A stretch of 64,000 nt of DNA from Blasia pusilla (taxonomy: Eukaryota). A model generated the notes under the pieces. The model was not told where the DNA came from. It was given only the letters and a program-made list of their open reading frames with translations, and made no database searches. Below are positions 37,436 to 48,603 of the stretch, piece by piece. Both the position numbers and the translations under genes were made by a program. Position 1 is the first letter of the stretch. Each line of letters opens with the position of its first letter. The DNA lies in assembly GCA_050084515.1 (NCBI GenBank), contig CM114271.1, positions 19,778,001-19,842,000 on the forward strand, read 5' to 3'.

Positions 37436-39895
37436 AAAAATAAAGATTAGTAAAAACGGCACACCCGGCCTAAAACTCCACTCCTCAATCTACATCGGCA
37501 TATTGAGCCTCGTCCACCCTATGCTATCAAGGAATCCGGACGCTAGCACCCTAGTCCTAGCTCACACACATATAAGGGAGGTGCTCCAACGGCCCAACAT
37601 GAGAAAGATGGCTTAGGAAAGCCATCTTCCTCTCTTATATAGGGTTGGGAAGAGACAAAAGGCTCTTCCCCTAAAAAAAGCCCTCCCCTTGGTAACCTAC
37701 GCGCACAGGTTACTAGGGGCGGGTGACCTGGTCGACAAGTCACCCGGTTGTAAAAGACCTCAACATGAAAGTTGTTATAAACGACATTCCTAACACAATG
37801 GACCTATCTTCAACCTCATCCGACACCGTGGGACAAAGTTACACTCAAGATAGTCCGCTGGCTCCTACGCCCTATCCACGATAGATCTCGGCCTATCGGC
37901 TACTCAGATGTGACATCATGGGTTTAGGTTATAGATGGAGTTTGGATTTTGCAGTACCTTTGCCTTTGACAAAGCGCCATAGTTGTTATGTGTTGGTGAT
38001 GGTCGAGCACTTCTCGAAGTGGATAGAGTTGGTTGCATTGCCTGACAAAGAGAGTGAGGGAGTAGCATATGCCTTCCTAGATCAAGTGCTTAGTGATTAC
38101 GGCGTACCAGCTGAGGTGTTGACAGACCAGGGTACAGAGTTCCGCGGGGAGTTTCAGGCCTTGTGTGATCAGGCACTGATCGACCACCTCACTACTTCGC
38201 GAGATCATCTTGAGGAGGATGGACTAGCGGAGCGGGATGTGCAGACGGTGAAGAGAGGACTACGCAAGTATGGCTTGTAGAGAGGTCACCTAAGAGATTG
38301 GGACCTTCAGTTTCTGTGGTTGGCGATGGGATATAGATTCAGCACGCAGGCATCCTTAGCGTCTTTCTCACCGTACTTGTTGCTTTATGGCGGTGAGCCA
38401 GATTTACCTGCGGCCATTCGTCGAGATACTGGTGAGGTGTTGAATCTTGATGACCCTGATGTATGGATGCGAGCATGTTCTGAGAGGGCTGAGTTGTTTC
38501 GAGAGAGTGATGCCCATGGCGTTTGAGAACTTGGAGATTACGCATCATCGGGATACGTTGAGGTATGTGACCATTCGGGAGGTGGTTATCGACCTACTAT
38601 CCGGAGGTTTCATCAAGGAGACTATGTCTACTTGCAACAGACGGCACCCACGACGTTGGATGTGACTACAGGGCGCACCATCTTGAGAGTGCGTGAGGGT
38701 TTGCCATCCGGTGTTCTCTTATTGGAGGGACACGATGGTATTGTTTGGAAGGACCATGTGTGTAATTGTGCGCCATGTCATCTTCCAAACATTGACAGTA
38801 CAGTTGATCCGAGCTTAGCAATAGTTCGTGCAGGCTTGAGGTGTATGTTGTGTGGTTCCGCCCGTGGTGTAGCCACTATGCTAGTCTGTGATGGATGTTC
38901 GAGAGGATGGCATATGGCATGTTTGACGCCACCTCTCACTAGGGTTCCTCGGGGACGATGGATGTATTCGAGATGTATTTAGAGTAGGTAGATCTACATT
39001 CCGACTTGTGTCTGTGACATGGATGACTAGAAGGCGACTAACAATGGGGCCACATGAGCACCCGGCCTTCTTGCTCTTAACGTCTGAGAGATGTATGTCA
39101 TGGTAGGTAGGGATAGATGGCTATTTGGAGTTAGAGGGACCTAACCACCAACTAGGGGGGGCGATTGGAGATATTTTGGTACTTCTTGTCTCGTTGTTTG
39201 GATGCCATGAGTTAGCATGGGATCGTGTGTGTTTGTGTGTGTGTTCGGTGACAACGATGTATGTTGTGTAGCGATGTGTATGCGCACGACAATTGTCACG
39301 TCTCTTAGGATAGATCGGTGAGATCTAGTAGAGCACCTTTGTGAGTAATGGAAGACAGGCTTAGTAGGTCGAGGATGACCAATTGAGGCACCGAGAAACT
39401 TGAGAGAGCAGGTTTTCCCTTCGTTTCAGCTCATTTGGAGCCATATTGAGGAACTTATTATTTTAGGTAAGTACCATTCTGAGTATGTGATCAAAATTCT
39501 ATTATTGGTAAATGGCCCTTGACCTCCTACATCAGGTCAAGAGCCAAGGAGATGACTTGGGAGCATAGGTTACCATGGAGAGAGCTTGGGAGAGGGGAGG
39601 GATATACCTCAAGGAGAGAGAGCTTGAGAGCTCTATGGTCGTTTCTCTTGTGAGTGTAATCCAAGCCTCTCATTAGGAGAGTGGGTTTGGTTTGACATGA
39701 GAGAGAGTGCACACCTTTGAGAGCTATGGTGTGAGATGGTGTAGAGAGAGATTAGATCTTATTTCAATTCGAAATATTTTGGTACTTCTTGTCTCGTTGT
39801 TTGGATGCCATGAGTTAGCATGGAAATCGTGTGTGTTTGTGTGTGTGTTCGGTAACAACGATGTATGTTGTGTAGCGAGGTGTATGCGCACGACA

Positions 39896-42320
39896 ATATT
39901 AATCGTGTCTCTTCAGAGATATGTTATTGTATTCCTTCCATTGATAGTCATGCTACAGAGTCAGCCACCCAACTTAGTCCGCTCCACATGTACAAGCTGC
40001 ACCGGTTTGGTACGACCAAGCAAATACATACATGTAAACAAGGAGTGTGCACCATTAGGAGAATAAAAGATCATCCACCATATTGTCGTATGGGATTTCT
40101 TGCATCCCCAAACTTCTGTATAGAGCCAGCCTGGTGTTGATCAACATACTTTGAAGTTGACATATTATAGGCATGTCTTGGAACACCGTAACATCATCCC
40201 GTATCACCCTCCAATCCTAGTACTTTGGGAGCACACGTGAACTTGCAAGGAGTGACTAATGTTCAGTGGTTATTTTATTTGTTGAAAAAGGCATTGGAAT
40301 CTAAGCCACAAGGATCTTTGAATATAAACACAGGATGCGCAAGGTGCCTGGGCCTTGAGGACCTTGACAAGATTAGGCTACGTCTTATATCTGGACTTGT
40401 ATTAGATCGTCATTTTTCATCGACGGAGGAAGCTCTCACTACGCTAAGGATACCAATCTTCTATAGATCCCAGGGTATCCAGTATATTGATTAAAGCCCT
40501 CCTCATAGAAGAACTACACTTCACAAAATTGCGACTATCCTATGCATCCATCTACGACGATATATTCTCATCTGCCTTTGTGCCTTTCTGAATTAACGTT
40601 CTTCCAATTCTGGACTTCATATGAGATACTTACTGAACCAGCCTATCTGTCTACAAGACAGATAGGCTGGTTCGATTTACTGGGTACCACCCGCTCCATC
40701 AATCGAATGAGTTTTTCTACAATACACTCCTCCGTCATGTTACATTCCTGACTGAGAGCGATGTACTATCTGTGCAGTCGCCTAATTGGACATATCTACA
40801 CGAATGTATCTATCGCAAGATATTTCAGGACCCTTCATCTATTGTAGAGGAAATAAAAAACCATGCCACCTCTAATCTTTGGAGTGAAGCTTATACTAGT
40901 GAAGTTGTCACAAAAGTAATGGACCTTATTGGACCACACCTTGTCTTTGACATACAACTTGAATCAATAGTTGGTCTACGACAGCAAGCATGCAACACAC
41001 CTGCTACCCCGAGCTTTCTCTTGACGTTGCATTGCCGCTTGATCTACTGAATAGTGAGCAACGCAACCTTTATAAAACAATGAGAACACTTACATCTGGT
41101 TTAGTGATGCTTAGTTGACCCCTTGGGTATGGCAAAACATTCTTTATCCATTTCATGCAGGGATACTGATCTCACAATTCCATGCCCACGGTGTTGACAA
41201 CAACCACCGATATTGTTGTTGTCATGCTACATGACCAGACCACAACTGTCCCTTCTGCATTTACAATCCCCGTAAAGGGCAATCTACCTAACATGCACAC
41301 AACAAGTGACTATTATGGTCGCCTTAGACATGCTAAGGTTATAGTTGTCGATGAGTTTTCCATGCTCACACCTCGATTGCTCCAAATGATTGGTATGAGG
41401 TTGCACCAAGTATGTCCCTAATCAAATTTGGATCCTTTTTCTCCAAAGCTTGTTATTCTCTTAGGTGACCTTTGTCAATTACCACCACTTTGTCGAAATA
41501 ATGATGTTCCGATGTGTATGGCATGCCAATTTATCTTCATCGACATTTTTCAACTCAGTACACAAGTACGAATTATCTACTGCTATAAGACATAGCGAGG
41601 ACAACCGCCTCCTTACTTTCTTGTCCAAACTCATACTCATGCAACCTACACAACATCAGATTACATATTGTCTTGGTGAATGATTTTTTAAGAAAGATGT
41701 TGGTATAGATTTCATACAAAAAGGCACTAACGTAATTTGTTCCCACCGAGCTGATGTCCAGCTATTTAATATTCTTTCTCTTCAAAGGATTTATGGCTCT
41801 GATTCAATTATGTCTGTTCATATCTCTACCAATGCACCGCCCGATTCGCAATTTCATGATTGGATCTTTGATCCCTCTTTCCACCAATCACAATTTATTG
41901 CAATTGGTTGTAAAGTCCTATTGACATCTAACATTGATGTCAAAAATCAGGCAACAAATGATGCCTCAATGACAGTCATAGATTGCACCTATAAATTGGA
42001 TGAGTTGAGTTCTATTACAATGATGTTGCACTCAAATAGTAGGGTCATGAGAGTGAGCATGACAAACTTGGCTACGTTGCGACATGGCCCTAACCAAAAG
42101 TATCATTAGAAGACATTTCCCCTTGTACTTGGCCATGTAATAACTTGCCATAAAAGCAAGGGTCTTATTGTAAGTGGGAGGTGTTTGTTGGTAATTAGAG
42201 CAGCTTTTGCACCCGACCTTGTATACGTAATACTATGGCAAGTAAAGAGTAGAGAACATTTGAGAATTATTGCAACTTTGAGCCATGCAAACTTTCATGT
42301 TTATGGGGAGAGTGTGTAGT
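39896..42320 (+). mobile_element. Degenerate Rep/Pif1-helicase remnant, Helitron2/Helentron-like
   Basis: AHVNLQ..FYLLKKALESKP (Rep motif-3-like), P.GYGKTF, VIVVDEFSML, LLGDLCQLPP, KVLLTSNID and FPLVLGHVITCHKSKGL; many stops. Confidence 0.7.
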
Positions 42321-43717
42321 GCCATCCACTACTATACCCTGTGCAGCTAACTTGTAGTGATTGTAGCCAACATGGTGGCCATCGACGGATCAACAAGAGG
42401 TAGGACAAGGAAGCATGTCGGCAAAAGTGCACATCCAACGAACTTCAGTGCAGGTATGGCTCCATCTCCGGTTACGCATGCAACTACAATATTGTTGAGC
42501 GACAATAGCTCAGATGATTATCTATAGCCGCCACCACCACAGCAATTGTTGTCTCCTACTACTGACAACCAAGTTCAATATTGCGCCCAAGTTTGCTCCT
42601 ATGTGAATTACCTATTCAGCTTGCTTGATTAGAAATTTCCATACCACACCAAAAAAATGATGCAACCCATTTGTATCCCCCAATTTTCAGCTATCCACCT
42701 ACACGTTCTTTGTCTCTGTTGGTTATTTTATTTCTAGGTGCCAAGATCGTAGGTGAATTTTTCCCAGATGATTCTTGATGATATGCCATAGCTTCTAGCT
42801 AAAGCTAGTGTTGAGGTTGTTCCGCCAATAGATGCACAACTAAAGTACGCCAATACCTTAGGATTGGACCAATCCCACTAGGGTGATGATATCTCAAGCC
42901 GCCAAATGAGTCGTATGATTGACCAGAGGAAGCTGTGGGCAACGTCATTTTGTGAGCTAAAAAATCAGCCACATGCGACAGGTGCGTGTTGTTGGTTGTA
43001 TTGTTTTAAACTGCTTATATAATAGTCTTTTGACTTTCTTTGCTAAGTTGTTCTTACACTTTTTACGTCTGGGCCTATACTAGGAATTAAAAAAGAAGTC
43101 ATGGTGTATAAGGGAATTGAATTCAATGAAGAAGATTTGACTTGGCAGCAGGATGTCGTTCACTATGCCCGCTTGACTAGTGGTATAAAGCCCGACCAAT
43201 TTCAAGAATTGTGTGTAATAATGAAATTTCCATTGGATAAGTTGATTCCATTAAGTTCTGCAAAGGCAACCCATTTGCTCGCACGTTTGAGAACTATTCG
43301 CGACAATGGCGCATCATGGACTTCGCCTCACTTGCAGGATGGGATAGGTAGTGTTTCTCAGCAGCTACCTTCTTCAACCTCCTATCCAACCAGATCTGCA
43401 TCTGCAAGCCACAACACCACATTTCAGTTCAACATCAATAGTACACCATATGTTGGTCCCATTCTGCCAGAGTCCCCAAACAAGCAAAAATGTGCATGAG
43501 CTTACTGTGAGAAATCACGTCCGACACTATTCTCTCGTATTTGTGTAATGAACTTCCCATGGCTTGGGTTTGTTGTGGTTTATTGCTTGTTGTCCATCTT
43601 TGACTTTCTTGTACCCGTCTTGTGTAGTGTTTTGAAGTCGTACATGTCTCACCAGGTAATACATGGCCAGCACACAACCCAGGTGAAACTGTTGCTAGTT
43701 CCACCAGTTCGGTCCCA

Positions 43718-46700
43718 TGTAAGAGCTTAGGGCCAGATCAGAAGATCAGATCTGCAAGATATACTCCTTAACATCTGTAAACCCCACCTCTTTACCTTAA
43801 GAGGTGGGGAACTCTCTCCACTTCAGTATCACAATCCTATCTTCACCCTACTAACCAAAACTCCTTCCTTTCTCTTGAGTGCTTTGAGTGGAGTGGCGGT
43901 GGAACCCAACAAGCACACTCTACTTAGAATTCACGATCAAGGATGACCACGGCAAAGATAAGGTCCTCCAATGTCTTTGCCTTGGACTAGTTGAATGTAC
44001 CAAGGCATCCTCTAAAGTACACCCGACTCTAACCAATCAGGTAGTGCAATCACCTTCTTCTTCTTCTCGTACCTTGCTGATCTCTTGTTTCTCCCTTCTT
44101 GTTTAGGTAGTAGGAGACTTAACAGGTGAGCCCATGGTCTTCTACCAGGGAGCTCAAGCATGACCTCTCTCTCTCTCCACTCACTAACTCTTATCACTTA
44201 CAGACACTGGAAGTCCAAGTTGTTCACACCAGGAAGTAATCATGTGATTGGTGTCAAAGGCCAAGCTTAGGTGGGCGAACAGCCAAGCTTTCAAGCACAC
44301 CTTGGTGGAGCACAATCTTGGAACCCAAGCTTGCCTCCCCTCTCTTTGGTAGATCCTCTTGTCCTCTCCCTGCACTTTTGAATGATTAGTTGAATCATCT
44401 CCAAGAATCTCCCTTCATCAAGCCCTCCCCAACTCATCACTCAATCATGCACATACTCGGATACAAGGCAATGGTGTGAACTCATTTCACAGGGCTACCT
44501 CCTGTATATCACAAAATCATAGAGTACATGAGAGACCTTCTTAGTCTCAGCCCCCCCTTCAAGCACACTACACACTACCTAGACACAGGAGCACAAAACT
44601 GTCTTTGGTTAGCTTGGCTCAAGAGATCAAGTGTCTACTAGCCAACAAAGATGTCTATGCCCCTTCAAGCAAACCCACCGGAGGATTTATAAGTGAAGTT
44701 GAGTGCCCTCTTCTTCCTTGAGCTTCTCTGGTATTTCCGGGTTCCTACCTTCCTAAAAATCTACCTCCCCTAAGCATCTACTCCAAGGCATCTCTGCATG
44801 AAATTTCGACCTCATCTACTTGAACTGTTCTCACTAGCATTTCCCAAGCTTGCTTCTTCTCAAGCTTGTTTGAGATTCCCTTGGGTGCTCCTCACCTGAT
44901 CTCACCCTGATCTCCTCACTGCTCCTCCTCACTTGATCTCAACCGATCTCTCCTCGGTGATAATTACTTCCCTCTTTGCTCCTCACCTAATAAGGCCTAA
45001 ACAAATGAATGTGTAGCTTTCCGAAACTTTTGGGGTCGACTATCATACATCAGCACCATGTCCCCTCCTTCACTGGATCATGTTGTATTCGATTATCAAA
45101 CCTCATCTTCCTTTGATCTTTGAACGGCCTTGGTCTTCTCTAATCTTGCCTTTCTCTCCTCCTCTAGGGCATCAATCATATCCACTGCTATCTTTGCCAC
45201 CTTCAGTTGGAAGTGCCCTTCTAGAGTATGATCAGTCTTCAACTCCAACTCTACTACCGGGAGAGGGTTCTGCCCATACACCAAGAAGTAGGGACTTTTC
45301 CCTGTGGTGCTCTTCTCAACTGAGTTGTAAGCATGGACAGCTGAAGCTAATTTCCTGTCCCAACTCTGATATGTGAGTTGCCACTATCTTGGTCCGAATG
45401 GTACCAATGATCCCATTTAAATTGCAGATTGTTGTTCTAGCTCCTTCTACTCACCTAACTAGAGTCCCAAAAGTATCTAACACACATGGGAGCCACTCAT
45501 GAAGGGGCGCACAGTACACAGCTATGTGAACAACAGTGCCAATTTGTCAGCTCAATTGCTCGCTATACCCAGTAACAAAAATTATTTACTTGCTATGTTC
45601 CTTCACTTGTTGGCCTACGCCCACCATGCACTTATATACATACAAAATTTGTGCGTATGTTGGTCAAGTTGCTATATATTTGGTAGTAATTTTGGTTTTC
45701 CTTGCTATCCCGCTGCTGAATTAGTATGAAGGAAATTTTGCTACTTCATTACAACAAGTGATTGTGCTTAGTAGAAAACTCTAACACTTGGCTACACTTG
45801 CAACTTTAAAGTCGGTTTTGAATCTCGACACATCATACTATGCATAAGCCTTGTGAACGCATAGAATGTTACTTGTTTCTGCACCATATGTATCGTGCGC
45901 CTACTCTCCTTGAACGTTAATCTTGTTTGTTGCGGAAGCGTGCGTTTAGTAGGTCACGCTCTCAACGCTGATCTGCATCCAAACACGCACTTCGATTAGT
46001 CGGGTCTTGGATCAATCAGTGGGATTACTTTCCGAGTTCTCGTCTCGGACTCTCTCTTCAAGCTCAACCTTCCTAGTTTCGCGGTTTCCAACACGGGCAA
46101 GTCTCGAAAGACTTGGGACAGACTTTCTGGTCGGTTCAGGAACCTGATACGACGTTTCACGCCTAGTGGTTCCAACTGTCCAATGAACCTCCAATGAGTT
46201 CCTCACCAAGACTTGCACGAAGTGAATCTCGGGTTGGAATCCAAGTGTAGCGTACAAAGTCCACTCCCTTGGATCAGGTTTGGTTTGGGTTTCGCGCCAA
46301 ACTCCGTTCCATCCCCGTGCCTCAAACGCCGTTTGGCGCCCAAAGTGGGGTTTCGTTTCCCGAGACATCTCAGAGAAGGTACTCCCCTTACTAGTACTTC
46401 TGGGGATCTCCGGGGGCCCCCTACATTTAGGGAAAGACATCCGGGCCTCTCCAATTGGCCCTCAACCCGATTGCTCTCTCAATCGTTTTCGGCCAATATC
46501 TCAGCCTGTACTAATGCGTTTTATGAGATCTTTGGTGCGTTGGAAGCGTCTCAAGATCAGTTTTCCAACGCGCCCTTACTTGTTCCGAACGCATCTTGGA
46601 GCTCAACGTTATGGTCCTAAACACAGTCAGATTCTCCCAAACGCTAGTCGTGTTCCAAACTGGTTCTCACCTCTTTGGCAACCAACCTCCCAAGACTCAA

Positions 46701-46960
46701 CTCATCTCAAGTTTCGGCTCGAGTTTGGTCTAGGTTTCCTGGTCGCGACCACTAACGCATGAAACGCACAACTCTGTTCCGCGTTTCGTCTCTTAGACTT
46801 TTCCAAGAGACTCTTCCAACCGCCTCTCCAAAGCGCAAACCTCGCGGCGTGAGTTTCTTTGAGTTCTGATGTTTCGCTTGGCGCGTATTTGGTGTTGTTT
46901 GGTTATGAGGATCGCGACAATATGTTTGTTGGCCATGTCTTCTTTCTGCCCTAGGATTTT
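43718..46960 (-). mobile_element. Decayed LTR-retrotransposon fragment; boundaries uncertain
   Basis: The minus-strand ORF 45096-45284 (VYGQNPLP..IDALEEERKARLE) resembles the post-catalytic region of a gypsy integrase; the rest is non-coding. Confidence 0.35.
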
Positions 46961-48603
46961 TGCTGCTCATGGATTGCTTGTTATCATCTCTTCATGTCTT
47001 ATGTCAGATTGTATAAATGTTACATTACTGCTTGTACCCTAATCGGCTACAATGCAGGTGAGGTTAATTTCTCAGTTTGTATTTAAGTGGAACCTTCAGT
47101 CTATCTTTATGTTGCTAACAATTTCTTGGCAGCCCAGAAATTGCCACTGCCCTAGTTGAGAACGACATCTCCCAGTCATACATCCACTCATTTACCAACT
47201 GTGATGTGGCCTAAGAATTTACCATTATGATTGTGTGTATTGTAGATTGTATGGCATTGTAGTTTGCATCAATGTGCTTGTAGTTGACAAGTGTTTTATT
47301 CCGCTTTAGTTGAGTATCTTCTTAGAGTTCATACAATCTTTTCACTTATGCACTTTGTAGTTTATTTGTTTCCTTGTCTAGTTCTACTCTAGGCTGTAGT
47401 GAGCCACTCTTTCCATTTGTAGTGGCATTACGTAGCTCGGCCTTTGTGCACTGAATTTGATATTTTGTAAGTTATTTCCATGTCCCGAGTTCATTTTAAT
47501 GAGTTTCTAATTGCAGTTTGTTCGTTCATATTGCTTGCAGGAGACTGTTTCCAGTGGCCACACATCTACCGGTGCCTACCGCACACCGGTTGCAAGTCCC
47601 CTGACTCATCTCAAAGTGCAGCAAAAAGGTGTCAAATTTTTTCTGCACCACCAAACAATGAAGTTGCCACTTCATCCTACTCCATTGATACTATCTCTGT
47701 TGCATTATTTGATGCAGCATGGCCTTAAGAATATTGTTGTCCTTCATGACCAGCTTAACAAATTTGAGGGTCGCAATGAGATTCTGAGGAAAGTCATGGA
47801 ATATGTTGGGAAGGACGATGGACAAAATCATAGATGTGCATGAACAACTTATATCGATCGTTGCTGAGTTGATGACTCTCAGTGACCACTGTAGAAAACA
47901 CTATCCTTGTGATGAGGAACTAGATTTGTGCGTTCGCCAAGTGCGGCACTTGTCTACTAGAATGTAGCTGCTCAGCGTACTACTATGTGTTCTCTTGCCC
48001 ACATAATGTATTGTGTGGTGTGGACTGCAACTACTTCAAGCTCTGCTTGTCTTCCACACCTGCATGCGATGAGCTGTACTTGTTCCACAGACCCAACTAT
48101 ATTTTATAACTACAATTTCTGTTCGGCAATTTTGCACTATCTTGTCTCGTTATATTGTGGCATTCTCGGTCATGGCCATTGTTGCATTGTTTCAAGCCTT
48201 GTAACAACATATTAACATGCATATTCATTGATGCACTTATTTAATATTAGTGTGCTTATTCATATAAAGTATATATATGTAACCAAGTTCTGTCCAATCC
48301 CACACAACTCTGAAACCTAAGGCTGTTGGAAATTTTACGTCAACATACACTCCACTTTGAGGCTGCTATCCGATTTGAACTTGCTCGTGATCATAAAACA
48401 ATCATGTCAAAAGCTCATATTTTATTGGCTATTCTACCAACTATTCACCACTATTAATTAACTTTCACTGCCACCCACAATCGAAATCGATAACATTCAT
48501 ATAGCTGTTAGGCTAAAAAATATGTGGAACATTTTCTCTCACCATTACTTATTCTAACATTGTATTCACAAGTTCGCTTCCATGGACTTAAACAAAACAC
48601 CCA

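Larger units (their letters stand above)
32832..37915 (-). mobile_element. Element C: non-autonomous relative (gag + protease only) with the same A1..B1-A2-B2 layout and TSD TCAT
   Basis: TCAT at 32828-32831 and 37916-37919. A1 37436-37915, PPT 33585-33595, B1 33448-33584, 3-nt spacer, A2 32970-33444, B2 32832-32969. Confidence 0.92.
21130..39895 (+). mobile_element. Element A: 5'-truncated Ty3/gypsy-type retroelement (RT-RNaseH-integrase-PHD), split by elements B and C; 3' end PPT-B1-A2-B2
   Basis: RT (DLRAGYHQL, YIDDILVF) at 21713-22102. RNase H continues across the B insertion (AVWT|VTHLRCY) and integrase across the C insertion (PLPI|MGLGY). rve 37918-38280, PHD ~38840-38980. PPT 39152-39163, B1 ~39164-39291, A2 39294-~39766, B2 ~39767-39895. 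The 5' boundary is approximate. Confidence 0.88.
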
